A stretch of DNA of 64,000 nt from Elusimicrobiota bacterium. GTDB taxonomy: Bacteria > Elusimicrobiota > Elusimicrobia > UBA1565 > UBA9628. Location: positions 29,042 through 93,041 of the forward strand of contig DAHVNA010000003.1 of assembly GCA_027319565.1 (NCBI GenBank), read 5' to 3'. The notes beneath the pieces are model-generated. The model saw only the letters and a list, made by a program, of their open reading frames with translations. It was not told where the DNA came from and made no database searches. Shown in pieces: positions 31,730 to 42,666 of this stretch; within the stretch, counting starts at the first letter, position 1; each line of letters starts with the position of its first letter. A program made the translations under genes and the position numbers.

Positions 31730-32608
31730 TTATCGGGACGGCGAACGCGCGAACAGTATCCACCCCCGCGTGTCAATTTGATATCCCAATGGTAAAAGCA
31801 TCGCTTTGATCCCTTCCCTCTGTTCCGGAATCTCGACTTCCATAACGATATTGGGCTTATATCGGCTCAAGAGAGCGGCCGCACCTTTTAAGACTTCATA
31901 GGTGCTTCCTTCAACATCAATCTTGAGCAAATCCGGCCCGATCCTCAACTCATGGGACACCGCATCCAAAGTCGAAACGGGAACTTCAACAGAATTTCCC
32001 TCAGCGGCAGGTAAAAGCAATGAATGCCCGCCGGACATCAATCGGCTACAGTAAAGATTCGCCCGACCAATGTTATCTGAAATCGCGACGGGAAGAGTAA
32101 CGACGTTAGAAAAGTTATTCCGTGATATATTACCTTTCAAGAGCTTAAAATTCCAGGGTTCTGGCTCCATTGAAACGACTTTTCCGCCGTCAGCCCTACG
32201 AGCGGCTAATCCCGTAAACACACCCTGTTGGGCTCCGACGTCAAATATAATTTGGCGGGGGCTAATCTCAAACCTTCCACCGGGACCGATTTCGTACATA
32301 TCGTCTTCATAAAGCTCTTTGAGAATCATAAAAGAGGTCATCAGATCGATATGGAAATCCGTCCCATCGGGCAAAATAGCCCGCACGAGGCGGTTGCTCA
32401 ACCCATACAACCCTAAGAACTCCATGGCGGCACCGTGAGCCGACAAAGGATCCGTTCCCCGCCCAGGATGAATATATCGAGCCCAAAGATAACTTCCCCA
32501 ATAAGCGCTGGCATAAAGGAGCCTTGGCAGCCGAGAGCCCCCTATTTTCAGTTGGAACCGATAGCTATTGATGATGTTATCAGCCGCTTCTCGGAAAGGC
32601 ATTGGCAA
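31730..32608 (-). CDS. FkbM family methyltransferase
   Basis: FDVGAQQG, MEP, LKIDVEG. Confidence 0.88.
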   Translation of the reverse strand: MPMPFREAADNIINSYRFQLKIGGSRLPRLLYASAYWGSYLWARYIHPGRGTDPLSAHGAAMEFLGLYGLSNRLVRAILPDGTDFHIDLMTSFMILKELYEDDMYEIGPGGRFEISPRQIIFDVGAQQGVFTGLAARRADGGKVVSMEPEPWNFKLLKGNISRNNFSNVVTLPVAISDNIGRANLYCSRLMSGGHSLLLPAAEGNSVEVPVSTLDAVSHELRIGPDLLKIDVEGSTYEVLKGAAALLSRYKPNIVMEVEIPEQREGIKAMLLPLGYQIDTRGWILFARSPSR

Positions 32609-32623
32609 TAGTCTCTACGCTAT

Positions 32624-32656
32624 AAAACGGCCCGCCTAAAACTTTAGGCGGGCCGT
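32624..32656 (-). terminator. Intrinsic terminator downstream of peroxiredoxin
   Basis: Perfect 14-bp inverted repeat ACGGCCCGCCTAAA/TTTAGGCGGGCCGT followed by a short T run on the minus strand. Confidence 0.8.
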
Positions 32657-32670
32657 CGGTTTGGCTTAGT

Positions 32671-33258
32671 TTAAGCCGCGACCTTGAAATACTCTTTCGA
32701 TTTGACCGGATCGGCCTTCATCGTCTTTTTGCCATCATCCCAGTTAGCCGGGCAAACCTCGCCGGTTTTTTCGACTTGCTGGAAGGCTTTAAGAACCCGA
32801 AGAGTCTCATCCACGCTGCGGCCCACCGATAAATCATGGACCACGCTATAAGCCACCATTGCCTTGGGATTAATCAGGAACAGACCCCGCAGGGCCACCC
32901 CGCCTTCGCTGAGAACTCCATAATCCTGGGCGATTTTCTTTTGGATATCAGACAGAAGCGGGTAATGGATTTCACCAAGACCGCCGTCTTTTCTGTCCGT
33001 ATTCACCCACGCGAGATGGGTAAACTGACTGTCAATCGAGCAACCGAGAATCTCGCACCCCAGCTTTTTGAAGTCTTCCACGCGATCGCTAAAGGCCGTA
33101 ATCTCGGTAGGACAGACAAAAGTAAAATCAAGCGGATAAAAGAAAAGAATCAGCCACTTCCCTTTATAATCCGACAATTTCACTTCCTTAAACAGTTTCC
33201 CTGTCAAGGCCATAGCCTTAAAATCAGGGGCCGGCTTTTGAACTAAAGAATCTCCCAT
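32671..33258 (-). CDS. 2-Cys peroxiredoxin (AhpC/TSA)
   Basis: [13 protein letters not shown] and GEVCPANW; GGAGG before ATG 33258. Confidence 0.96.
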   Translation of the reverse strand: MGDSLVQKPAPDFKAMALTGKLFKEVKLSDYKGKWLILFFYPLDFTFVCPTEITAFSDRVEDFKKLGCEILGCSIDSQFTHLAWVNTDRKDGGLGEIHYPLLSDIQKKIAQDYGVLSEGGVALRGLFLINPKAMVAYSVVHDLSVGRSVDETLRVLKAFQQVEKTGEVCPANWDDGKKTMKADPVKSKEYFKVAA

Positions 33259-33328
33259 GTTTGAATCCTCCTTTTCCCCATGATACAAAAAATAGCCTGT
33301 TTTAAGGGATGGGCAAAATTTAGTTTAA

Positions 33329-35701
33329 TTGACGGATGGAAAACAGGCCGGAAAGGAGCGGCCTTTCTTGGTTGATGGCATCCTTATTAGCCCCTCTCCT
33401 GTGATTTCTCTTATCTTTTCTATTCTCCTTTTAGGAACTCCCAAAACATTCGCGGCGGTATCCGCCTCCTCGACGACCTTGCCCGTGGTTCTTTCAAGTT
33501 CAAGCCTGAAAACCTCCTTAAAGACATCTTCTTCCACCATCCGCCCCGATTCCATCCTGGCAGAAGCAGATACGGGGTATGCGCTCCCTTCTCCGCCCAA
33601 GATATCCACCGATGAAACCTTGACGATTTTCGAAGCTGATGAGGTGGATTATTCTAGTCCTGTCATCCATATGAAGGGCAATATCGTCATCCACCAATCC
33701 ACGCGAACCATCAAAGCCGATCAGCTGTGGATTAATCAGAAGACCAATATCGGGACCTCAAAAGGATTTCTCATCATCAAGGATTCCGGATCGGCTATTA
33801 GCGGAAATCCCGGAAAATACGATTTTGCGACCGAGACCGGAACCCTGATTCACGCTTCAGCGGGATATGGCTATTGGCGAGTCCATGGGGCGACCGCGAC
33901 TCTTCAGCCCGGGCAAAAAGCCATTTATCAAGACGCGGATTTTACCAGCTGCAATGTTTATCCCAATCCGGATTATCATTTTCACTCAACTCATCTTTTG
34001 GTCGTCCCCAATAAGTATCTGTTGGGGTACAATACGACCTTTTGTCTCGGTAAAACGCCGCTATTTTATATGCCCTTTTTTTACAAATCGCTGGTTCCCA
34101 AAAACAAGCAAAATGGAACCTTTCATATCACCTCCGACCCCGGATACGACTACCGCAACGGATATTTTTTAAAGAACATGGCCGAAGAAGACTGGAGTAA
34201 AACCTTTCAGACCAAGGAATTTTTGGATTATTATTCAAACGAAGGCGTCGGCATAGGAGGTGAAATAGACCATCACGAGAGCAAAAATCAACGGGGTTCC
34301 CTCTATTTTTATACGATTCATGAAAATCCACCCAAAACCGTCGGCGGAAATCTCATCTCAAGCGGACTCCAGAGATGGGGCGTCTATGGAGACGAATACG
34401 ATCAATTAACCAGTTCCCTGTCTTTCCAAGCCCGTATTCAAGCCCAGTCCGATCAGAACTTTAACAATGACTATGCCCGCTCCAATCTCTATCCGGTGGC
34501 CAACCAACTCATCAACAGCAGCGCCTTGGTCTACCGTCAAGCCAAATATTTCGCACGGGTCAGCTATTCACGGGTAGACAACGCTTATAATCCCAACGGC
34601 GTCAACGGCGGAGGGTTTCAGACTTATTCCGAAAGCGCGCCCCGCTTTGATTTTCAAACCGTGCCCTTGAAATTCAAACATGATCCTCTCATCAACACCT
34701 TTAGCGCCTTTGAAGACAATACAACGCAACAGGGGCAACCTTTCTTGCAACATTCAGCTGGAATTAACTGGCAAGGCTCGAATGTCTACCGCATGGGCTG
34801 CGGGGTCAATTTTACCCCCACCTTTCAATATTCAAGCACCTATTACAGCAAAACCAATCCTTATAATCAAATAAGCAATTATGCGACAACCAACCCGACC
34901 GCCATTTCAACCAATGTATTCATCAACGATTATTCCGCCTCCGGGGATCTGCGTCTTCCCACCATCGTTGGAGACGTGGACGTCATTCAGAGTATGACCG
35001 GACGCAGCAGCCTCAACAGCTTCGGTCTTGACTCCAGCGCTCCAGACCACGGAATTCAAAGCGAAATGGCGACTCTTGAGGACGTCTATACCTTTTCTCC
35101 CACTTCCATGTTCCGGATCACCTCGGGCTATAACGAACAGCAAGTCACGAACCAGCCGATTCCCCTCAATCAGAGAATTCAACCCATCGCCGAAAATCTC
35201 ACCTACGTGACCTCCTCGGGAATCAACATCACTCAATCCAATACCTATCAGTTCGATGGCGGAGAGCAGTCTTTTCAACTCAACCTCATGAAAGGGCAGG
35301 AAAAGAGCACCCATTTTGGGATATCGGCGGGATATGCCCCGGTCGTTCCGGGCGTGAGCCCTCAGACCTACACGGTTAACACGGATTTTGGCTGGGCTCC
35401 CGCCTCTTCGACCTGGCATGTTTTTCTCATCACCAGATCCCAAGCCGTCTCAAACGCCGGAGTCGGACAAATGCAGGCATTCGCCCTTTATGACAAAGAA
35501 TTGACGGTCGTGAGACTCTGGCATGATTTTATAGGAACCGCGCAATTTTTGTTCCGCCCGGGAAACGTCAAACAGGTCTCTTTTAACGTCACTCTCCGCC
35601 TACCGGCCGGAGGGCCACCAACGAGCAAAGCCCAGCAGCAACAAACCGACTGGGAATCGGAATGGTATCCAGAAAGGCAGCGCCCAATGACCCGGCTGTA
35701 A
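33329..35701 (+). CDS. lptD: LPS-assembly LptD/OstA-like outer membrane protein
   Basis: Signal-like segment, OstA-like N-domain (FEADEV..KGNI), FTSC..PDYH, PLFYMPFFY, beta-strand-rich barrel; start codon uncertain. Confidence 0.72.
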   Translation: MTDGKQAGKERPFLVDGILISPSPVISLIFSILLLGTPKTFAAVSASSTTLPVVLSSSSLKTSLKTSSSTIRPDSILAEADTGYALPSPPKISTDETLTIFEADEVDYSSPVIHMKGNIVIHQSTRTIKADQLWINQKTNIGTSKGFLIIKDSGSAISGNPGKYDFATETGTLIHASAGYGYWRVHGATATLQPGQKAIYQDADFTSCNVYPNPDYHFHSTHLLVVPNKYLLGYNTTFCLGKTPLFYMPFFYKSLVPKNKQNGTFHITSDPGYDYRNGYFLKNMAEEDWSKTFQTKEFLDYYSNEGVGIGGEIDHHESKNQRGSLYFYTIHENPPKTVGGNLISSGLQRWGVYGDEYDQLTSSLSFQARIQAQSDQNFNNDYARSNLYPVANQLINSSALVYRQAKYFARVSYSRVDNAYNPNGVNGGGFQTYSESAPRFDFQTVPLKFKHDPLINTFSAFEDNTTQQGQPFLQHSAGINWQGSNVYRMGCGVNFTPTFQYSSTYYSKTNPYNQISNYATTNPTAISTNVFINDYSASGDLRLPTIVGDVDVIQSMTGRSSLNSFGLDSSAPDHGIQSEMATLEDVYTFSPTSMFRITSGYNEQQVTNQPIPLNQRIQPIAENLTYVTSSGINITQSNTYQFDGGEQSFQLNLMKGQEKSTHFGISAGYAPVVPGVSPQTYTVNTDFGWAPASSTWHVFLITRSQAVSNAGVGQMQAFALYDKELTVVRLWHDFIGTAQFLFRPGNVKQVSFNVTLRLPAGGPPTSKAQQQQTDWESEWYPERQRPMTRL

Positions 35702-35710
35702 CCTTGGGCC

Positions 35711-36667
35711 TTATTCCAAGGCCAATAGAGCGGCCCCGATGCATCCGAAATCGGAATTCTCGGTCATGCGAATTTTGGCGCGCAAAAACGGCAATTTAAA
35801 CGGCTCTTGAGAAAGCTCTTTCTTGAGAGGATCCATCAAATGTCGGCCGGCCGCGGAAACCCCTCCCAAAAGAGAAATTCCATCAGGATTAAAAATCATC
35901 ACTAAACTCGCGATTCCCGCGGCTAAATAGCGCGCGGTCACCGCCCAGACTTCTTGAGATAAAACGTCTCCCATCTGCGCGGCTTCGCTCAGATGTCTAG
36001 GCTCTAGCGCGTTGGGATCCGCGCAAAGAGAAGAGAGAATCTGTCCTTTATCCGGAGACTCAGAAAGCATTCGGCGGGCGGTTTTAATAATTCCATATCC
36101 CCCCGCGTAAGCCTCAAGGCATCCTCGGCTGCCGCAATGACAGAGTTCTCCGCCTACGGCCACTCTCATATGCCCAATTTCTCCCGCGCTTCCCGCCGAT
36201 CCGCGGTAAAGTTTCCCGTAACAGATGATACCGCCGCCCACTCCCGTTCCCAAGGTAAGCCCCAAGAAATTCTCTCCTTTTCTCTTAAAATCTAAGGCAT
36301 AACAACCCCAGACCGCGGCGTTGGCGTCATTTTCAACGATGAATTTTCGCGCGCCCATCTTCTTTGAAAACGCTTTCTTAAAGTCGAAATTCGGCCAACC
36401 TTTCAAATTGGGGGCAAACAAAATTTTTCCGGATACGGGGTCGACCGCTCCGGCCAAGGCAAGACCAAAGCCTTCCGCATGAACCTTTAAGAGTTTTTCC
36501 ATCTCGAGAACGGCGCCGGAGATTCTCGATACAAAATCCCTGGGGCCCAAGGATGATTGCGTGGGAACTTGCTTTTTCGCGAGAATCTTTTGATTTTTCC
36601 CCAAGATCGCGATTTTAGTGTAGGTTCCGCCGACATCAACGCCAATGGATATATTATTTTTTCCCAT
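35711..36667 (-). CDS. ROK family sugar kinase (glucokinase-like)
   Basis: GVDVGGT, ENDANAA, TLGTGVGGG, GEIGH, CHCGSRGCLE. Confidence 0.93.
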   Translation of the reverse strand: MGKNNISIGVDVGGTYTKIAILGKNQKILAKKQVPTQSSLGPRDFVSRISGAVLEMEKLLKVHAEGFGLALAGAVDPVSGKILFAPNLKGWPNFDFKKAFSKKMGARKFIVENDANAAVWGCYALDFKRKGENFLGLTLGTGVGGGIICYGKLYRGSAGSAGEIGHMRVAVGGELCHCGSRGCLEAYAGGYGIIKTARRMLSESPDKGQILSSLCADPNALEPRHLSEAAQMGDVLSQEVWAVTARYLAAGIASLVMIFNPDGISLLGGVSAAGRHLMDPLKKELSQEPFKLPFLRAKIRMTENSDFGCIGAALLALE

Positions 36668-36668
36668 T

Positions 36669-37952
36669 TTAAAATCCTCTCTTCGCTAAAGACTTCCGCG
36701 CAAAATCCACCAAATAGAGGGAACCGCAAACAACGAGGGTTTCCCTCTCTTCATTTTGCCAAATGTCTAAGCTCTCCTCAAGATTATCCGCCTCTAAAAC
36801 CTGAGCGAGCGGAAAAACCTCGCGAGCTGTTTTCGCAATATCCGATGATTGAGCCGCGCGAGGATGCAGAGAAGAGACCGCGACTATTGAACGCGCCTGT
36901 TGCGGCAAGGACTTAAGAGATGCGTAGATGTCTTTATCTCTCATCATGCCTATAATCCACACAGCCTCCGTTTGGGCCCAGGGAGACTTTTCCCAGGTCT
37001 TTGAAAAATTTCGCATCGCTTCAGGATTATGCGCTCCGTCTAAAATCGCCATCTTTCCATCAGGGCCGGGGATAACTTCAAAACGGCCCGGCCAAGAAAC
37101 CAAGGAAAGCCCTTTTTGCATATCCGCATGAGAAACCTTTAAATCCTGATTCCGGGTTAAATAAGATAATACCGCCCAAGCCAAGGCGGCATTTCCGCAC
37201 TGGGAAGCTCCTAAGAGAGTCAGTTTCGCTTCTTCTCCCCAAGGAGTCTCAAGAATCTGACTATTGTTTCCCCAATCAATTTTTTTGACAGACCAGGAAG
37301 TCTCAACGACATTCAAAGGCGCTCCAAGGGACAGGGCCTTTTCTTGAATTGAAGACAGGGCCGTCTGCGGCAATTGCGGACAAAACACCGCGCAGCCTTC
37401 TTTGATAATTCCGGCTTTTTCACGCGCGATTTCTTGAAGGGTGTTTCCCAACCAGTTAGTATGGTCGAAATCAATTGAAGTAATCACCGAAGCCAAAGGT
37501 TTTTCAATCACGTTGGTCGCGTCCAAACGGCCCCCGAGCCCGGTCTCGACAACGGCCACATCAATTTTTTGCTCGGAGAAATACTGAAAGGCTAGCGAAG
37601 TTAAAATTTCAAAATAGGTCAATTCTTTTTCTGGGTCAAGACGCAGAATTTTCTCTAAAAGCCTCTTAAAATCTCCTGTGGAAATCCACTCTCCATTGAC
37701 GCGAATCCGCTCTCGAGGACTCTCAAGGTGCGGGGAAAGATAAAACCCGGTTTTATATCCCGCGGCGCGAAGCGCTGACTCTAAAATCGCGCAGGTCGAG
37801 CCTTTTCCATTAGTCCCCGCGACATGAATGGAACGAAAATCTTTGTGGGGATATCCCAACAGGGACAAATGCCTTGAAATGCGCTCCAGGCCGGGAACAA
37901 TTTTATGCTCTTGCCGCTCTTCAAGAGCTTGGAGAGATTTTTCGAGAGTCAT
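36669..37952 (-). CDS. folC: Folylpolyglutamate synthase/dihydrofolate synthase
   Basis: HVAGTNGKGS, SPHL, ETGLGGRLDATN, WPGRFE, DGAHN, CGSLY. Confidence 0.96.
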   Translation of the reverse strand: MTLEKSLQALEERQEHKIVPGLERISRHLSLLGYPHKDFRSIHVAGTNGKGSTCAILESALRAAGYKTGFYLSPHLESPRERIRVNGEWISTGDFKRLLEKILRLDPEKELTYFEILTSLAFQYFSEQKIDVAVVETGLGGRLDATNVIEKPLASVITSIDFDHTNWLGNTLQEIAREKAGIIKEGCAVFCPQLPQTALSSIQEKALSLGAPLNVVETSWSVKKIDWGNNSQILETPWGEEAKLTLLGASQCGNAALAWAVLSYLTRNQDLKVSHADMQKGLSLVSWPGRFEVIPGPDGKMAILDGAHNPEAMRNFSKTWEKSPWAQTEAVWIIGMMRDKDIYASLKSLPQQARSIVAVSSLHPRAAQSSDIAKTAREVFPLAQVLEADNLEESLDIWQNEERETLVVCGSLYLVDFARKSLAKRGF

Positions 37953-39204
37953 TAGCGCGCCGGATTAAAGCCCCTAAAGCCGATAATTTGTCTTCAATTT
38001 TTTCATAGCCGCGGTCGATATGATACACGCGCTGTAAAACGCTATGCCCTTCAGCGGCAAGAGCCGCCACCAAGAGCGCCGCCCCGCCGCGAATATCGGA
38101 AGCCATAATGGGAGCGCCAATTAGTTTTTTAACTCCAAAAATCCGGGCGTGATTGCCATGAACGGAGATGGAAGCTCCCATGCGTAAAAGCTCGGCCGCA
38201 TGGAGAAAACGATTCTCGAAAATGGTTTCTTCCACTTCGCTTTTGCCCGCGGATAAGCACATCAAGGTCATCCAAAGGGCTTGAAGATCGGTGGGAAATT
38301 CCGGATAAGGGCCGGTCTTAATCGAAATAGGTTTTAACGCCTTTCCATTGGAAATAACCGTTATTTTCCGAAGCCCGGTTTTAATTTTAACTCCGCAAGC
38401 GCGCAGTTTGGCAATGGGGTCTTTGAGATGCGTTGGGTCAGCTCCCAGAAGCTCAACGTGACCCTGCGTCGCGGCGGCGGCAATCATAAAGGTGCCGGCT
38501 TCCAAGCGATCGGCAATGACGGAATATCGCGCGCCGTGCAAAACGGGTTTTCCCAGTACGGAAATCCTCGAATGTCCCAAACCCTTGACTTTCGCTCCCA
38601 GAGAAATTAAAAACCTCCCCAGGTCTTCAATTTCCGGCTCTCTTGCCGCATTTTCTATGATTGTCTCTCCATTCAGAGCGGCCGCGGCCATCATTAAATT
38701 TTCAGTCGCTCCGACGCTGGGAAATTTCAGCCGAACCCGACCCGGAGACAACTCTCTCGAAGAGAGAATAATATCGCCCTGATCGACCAATTCCCGGGCT
38801 CCCAAGGCTTTAAAACCATTGAGATGGATATCAATCGGACGCAGCCCAATAGAACACCCTCCAGGAATCGGAACCCGCACCACGCCAAAGCGCGCCAATA
38901 GCGGACCGGCAACCAAAACGGAAGCGCGCATTTGTTTGACCAAATCATAGGGGGCATGGGTTTTGAGCGACGCCTGAGGTTTGACGGTCACTCGCGAATT
39001 TTGGGAAATGACTTTTTTCCCAAGACTCTCAAGCAATTGAAATGTCGTTCGGATATCTCTGAGCAGAACAGGGACATTCTCGATGACGCAAACTTCATCG
39101 GTCAATAAGGTAGCAATCAAAATCGGAAGCGCCGCATTTTTAGAACCGCTGATTTTTACCCCGCCCTTAAGAGGCTTGCCGCCGTCAATAAAAAATTGGT
39201 CCAT
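37921..39204 (-). CDS. murA: UDP-N-acetylglucosamine 1-carboxyvinyltransferase
   Basis: GSKNAALP, MRAS, PGGCSIGLRP, FPTDLQ, HIDRGYE. Confidence 0.98.
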   Translation of the reverse strand: MDQFFIDGGKPLKGGVKISGSKNAALPILIATLLTDEVCVIENVPVLLRDIRTTFQLLESLGKKVISQNSRVTVKPQASLKTHAPYDLVKQMRASVLVAGPLLARFGVVRVPIPGGCSIGLRPIDIHLNGFKALGARELVDQGDIILSSRELSPGRVRLKFPSVGATENLMMAAAALNGETIIENAAREPEIEDLGRFLISLGAKVKGLGHSRISVLGKPVLHGARYSVIADRLEAGTFMIAAAATQGHVELLGADPTHLKDPIAKLRACGVKIKTGLRKITVISNGKALKPISIKTGPYPEFPTDLQALWMTLMCLSAGKSEVEETIFENRFLHAAELLRMGASISVHGNHARIFGVKKLIGAPIMASDIRGGAALLVAALAAEGHSVLQRVYHIDRGYEKIEDKLSALGALIRRANDSRKISPSS

Positions 39205-39206
39205 GT

Positions 39207-40061
39207 TTAATCCTTTCGGGCCAGCGCGAAACGCTCAATTCCCGCGAAATCTTTTTCAATTTCCACTTGTTTAAAACCGCAGTTTTCCATGATTTTTTTA
39301 ACTTTAGATCCCTGATCAAATCCCATCTCAAGGGCCAAAAGTCCTTGAGGCTTTAAATGTCTCGGCGCGAGGGAAATAATTCTTCTCAAATATTTAAGGC
39401 CGTCTCGGCCGCCGTCTAAGGCCGCGCGCGGCTCTTTTAAAACTTCGATTTCAAGTTTTTTTATTTCGGAGCTCGGGATATAAGGCGGATTTGAAATAAT
39501 TAAATCTAATTGCCGGCCTTTTAATTCCCAATTCCGCGATAGATCTTGATCAAGCGCAGACACTCTTTTCGCCTCCTCAGGATAAAGAGCGAGGTTTTTT
39601 CTCATCCATTTTCGCGCGCGAAGACTATTTTCCATCGCAAAAACGCGGGATTTCTTAAAACGGCGGGCCAAAGAAATGGCGATGGCGCCCGAACCAGAAC
39701 CAATATCTAAAAATGAAAGCTCCTCTTTTTCCCGTCCGCGAAATTTCTTGAAAACTTCAACGAGGAGTTCTTCGGTTTCAGGTCTAGGAACCAAAACCCC
39801 GGGGCCGCAGAGAATTTCCAAATCAATAAAGGGCTGAACGCCTGTCACATAAGCCAAGGGTTCGCGAGCGGCCCGACGGTAAATCAACGTTAAAAACCGT
39901 TTCTTCTCTTGCGGTGAAATGACATCAACCAAGTCTCCCTGAATTTGAGCGCGCCCCACTTTGAGCACGTGAGACAAGAGAAATTCAGATGAAGCTTCCG
40001 CTTCGGGAACATTTCGCTCCTTTAAATACGTAAGGCCTTCTTTCAAAACCGAAGGCATCAC
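39207..40061 (-). CDS. prmC: Release factor glutamine methyltransferase
   Basis: EPLAY, PRPETE, DIGSGSG, SNPPY; downstream of prfA. Confidence 0.96.
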   Translation of the reverse strand: MMPSVLKEGLTYLKERNVPEAEASSEFLLSHVLKVGRAQIQGDLVDVISPQEKKRFLTLIYRRAAREPLAYVTGVQPFIDLEILCGPGVLVPRPETEELLVEVFKKFRGREKEELSFLDIGSGSGAIAISLARRFKKSRVFAMENSLRARKWMRKNLALYPEEAKRVSALDQDLSRNWELKGRQLDLIISNPPYIPSSEIKKLEIEVLKEPRAALDGGRDGLKYLRRIISLAPRHLKPQGLLALEMGFDQGSKVKKIMENCGFKQVEIEKDFAGIERFALARKD

Positions 40062-41140
40062 GAGTTTTCTCCTCCATTTTTTGACGCCTCTTCTCTTAAG
40101 GCCTCCAGAACCGGCCCAATGGCGCCTTCCATTAAAACCGGTAAATTATGCCAAGAGCGTTCTAGGCGGTGGTCGGTGAGGCGATTTTGGGGGAAATTAT
40201 AAGTTCGGATTTTTTCCGAGCGATCTCCGGTCCCCACCTGAACCTTTCTATTTTGAGACACCTTCTCTTCCTGTTTTTGACGCTCCGCGTCATAGAGTTT
40301 AGAGCGAAGCATCGCCATCGCCTTCATCTTATTTTTAAGCTGGGAGCGCTCATCTTGGCACTGAACCACAACTCCGGTCGGAATATGGGTAATGCGAATC
40401 GCGGTTTCCACTTTATTGACATTTTGTCCGCCGGCCCCGCCGGCGCGATAGGTATCTATTTTGAGGTCGTCAGGACGAATCTCGACATCCACCTCTTGCG
40501 CCTCCGGCATTACGGCCACAGTCACCGTCGAAGTATGAATGCGGCCGGAGGCCTCCGTCTGCGGAACGCGCTGAACGCGGTGAACGCCGCCTTCGTATTT
40601 AAACCAGCCGTAGACCGGCCCTCCTGAAATATAAAGGACTGCGGATTTGAGCCCCTTAAGGCCGGTGGAGTTGGCTTCCATCGTTTCCACTCTCCAACCT
40701 TGATCTTGGGCAAAGCGGCTGTACATCCGCAATAATTCCGAGGCAAACAAGGCGGCCTCATCTCCCCCGGCGCCCGCGCGAACCTCTAAAAAAACATTTT
40801 TAGAATCATTCGGATCTTTTGGCTTTAAGGCCTCCAAAAGCTCCCCCTGGATTTTTTGAACCTTTTGAGAAAACGCCTGTTTTTCTTTCAGCGCCAAGTC
40901 CGCGAACTCTTTATCCGCCTCTCCGCCTTGAAGAATCGAGTCTAACTCTTCGATTTCTTTATAGGCTTCCTTAACTTCTTTGATTTTAGCGACCAACGGG
41001 CGCAATTCATTATAGCGAGCGGAGAGATTTTTCAAGATTTCCGGAGAAAGCCCCGGCTGGGAAAGTCGCGCCTCGATTTCAGAAAGTTCCTCTTCCAACT
41101 TCAAGACGGAAGGAGGCAACATCGCCATCAGGGAAAGCAA
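40058..41140 (-). CDS. prfA: Peptide chain release factor 1
   Basis: [12 protein letters not shown] (PxT), [16 protein letters not shown]. Confidence 0.97.
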   Translation of the reverse strand: MLSLMAMLPPSVLKLEEELSEIEARLSQPGLSPEILKNLSARYNELRPLVAKIKEVKEAYKEIEELDSILQGGEADKEFADLALKEKQAFSQKVQKIQGELLEALKPKDPNDSKNVFLEVRAGAGGDEAALFASELLRMYSRFAQDQGWRVETMEANSTGLKGLKSAVLYISGGPVYGWFKYEGGVHRVQRVPQTEASGRIHTSTVTVAVMPEAQEVDVEIRPDDLKIDTYRAGGAGGQNVNKVETAIRITHIPTGVVVQCQDERSQLKNKMKAMAMLRSKLYDAERQKQEEKVSQNRKVQVGTGDRSEKIRTYNFPQNRLTDHRLERSWHNLPVLMEGAIGPVLEALREEASKNGGENS

Positions 41141-41151
41141 TATCCCTAAAA

Positions 41152-41490
41152 CTATTTCTTCGCAGGAACTTTAGAAGCCGACTTTTTTTCGGTTGTTTTA
41201 GGAGCCGAAGTCAAGGTCTTTTTCGCCCTGGGAACGGCCGCCAGTTTTTTGACCGGGGCCTTGGCGGTTTTCCGAACGACCGTTTTGCCTTCAGTTGACT
41301 CAAAGCGTTTTTTAAAGCGCTCGACGCGTCCGGCGGCGTCCACGAATTTTTGTTGTCCGGTAAAGAAGGGATGGCAGGCGGAACAGATTTCCAGCTTGAC
41401 TTGTTTTCTTGTGGAACGCGTCTCAAAAGAAGCCCCGCAAGCGCAAGTGACCGTCGTCGTCATATACTGTGGATGAATTCCTGGTTTCAT
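41152..41490 (-). CDS. rpmE: 50S ribosomal protein L31 (Zn-binding type) with basic C-terminal tail
   Basis: [27 protein letters not shown]. Confidence 0.97.
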   Translation of the reverse strand: MKPGIHPQYMTTTVTCACGASFETRSTRKQVKLEICSACHPFFTGQQKFVDAAGRVERFKKRFESTEGKTVVRKTAKAPVKKLAAVPRAKKTLTSAPKTTEKKSASKVPAKK

Positions 41491-41560
41491 GATTTCCTCT
41501 ACCGGAGATATCAAAATTTCTTTTAGGATTCAGCGACCCTATTTTTAGTATTTTACTAAA

Positions 41561-42658
41561 ATGGAGGCTAAAAAAGAAGCGAAAAAAAATTTTATTCTTG
41601 TCTGCGCTTTGGTTTTAGTCTCCTTTTGCCCCTGGCACGTTTTTTCCCGTCCGCTCAACCCGCATTGGAAATCTCACTTATCGGCAAAAAAAACTGCGGC
41701 AAATTCAAAGAAAAGCCCGGCCGCTTTTTCCGGCGAAGGATGGTCGCCTCAAGTCGCGCAGGCAATCAGAAAACTCATCGCCCAAAAAGGGAACACATCT
41801 CCTTCCTACAACCCCCAAAAGCCGCCGATCGCGACTCTCCCGTGGGAAGGAGTGATCGCCAACAATGACGCCGATGCGCTCATCTTTTGGCGCCTGGTCC
41901 GCCGGGCCGATTTTAAATTTTCCAATCCATTTTGGGATATTGTTCCCATCGCCTACGGAAGGCAAAAAATTCGAGCCGCCTATGAGCAATTTTCACCCCT
42001 ACCAAAAACCATCTGGAATACCCAGCCCACCTATCATCAATACCTGAAATATTTCGTCAAGAGTTACCAGGACCAGTGCAGGGAAACGGGGCTCAAATCC
42101 TGCCGGATATACCTTTCCCGGCTCTGGTTCGGATTTTCTCCGCAAGAAGCCGTAGCCTACGCCCAGATAACTCTCAACCAAGAAAAATTTCAAGCCTTAA
42201 AAAAAGAAATGATCGCAGAGCCGCCGGAAGACCGCTCCCCGGTTTATCTTAAGCGCGGAATCGGCGTGCGCCCACAATTAATTGAACTCGTCCAAAGCCT
42301 TCATACCGCAGGCTTTGATATTTGGATCCTATCGGCCAATGCGGAGACCACCTTGCAGGCGGCCCTCAATTGGGCGGACATTGCTTACGCGCATCCCGCT
42401 GGAATTAAGCTTAAACTGGATAAAAAAGGCTTCTTTAATGGCCAAATCTCTCAGCCGCTTCCTTTTTGGGGCGGAGAAATTGAAACCATCATATTCCACA
42501 CCGGAAGGGCTCCGGCGCTATCATTGGGATTTTGGCGGCAGGATCAGGAAATTTTAAGCTATGGAAACGGGCTTAAAATACTGATTGCAGGAAAAAATCA
42601 GTCTCTCATTAAAACCGCCCGAAAAAAAGGATGGCTCATCCAACCCTCCTTTAAATAG
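41561..42658 (+). CDS. Exported HAD-fold protein with degenerate catalytic motifs
   Basis: Signal-like N-terminus; GFDIWILSA motif II; motif I position reads TLPWEG. Confidence 0.6.
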   Translation: MEAKKEAKKNFILVCALVLVSFCPWHVFSRPLNPHWKSHLSAKKTAANSKKSPAAFSGEGWSPQVAQAIRKLIAQKGNTSPSYNPQKPPIATLPWEGVIANNDADALIFWRLVRRADFKFSNPFWDIVPIAYGRQKIRAAYEQFSPLPKTIWNTQPTYHQYLKYFVKSYQDQCRETGLKSCRIYLSRLWFGFSPQEAVAYAQITLNQEKFQALKKEMIAEPPEDRSPVYLKRGIGVRPQLIELVQSLHTAGFDIWILSANAETTLQAALNWADIAYAHPAGIKLKLDKKGFFNGQISQPLPFWGGEIETIIFHTGRAPALSLGFWRQDQEILSYGNGLKILIAGKNQSLIKTARKKGWLIQPSFK

Positions 42659-42666
42659 GCAAGCCT

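Noticed and set aside
41633-41648. Sigma-54 promoter-like TGGCACGTTTTTTCC
   Set aside because: Lacks the -12 GC and lies inside a coding region
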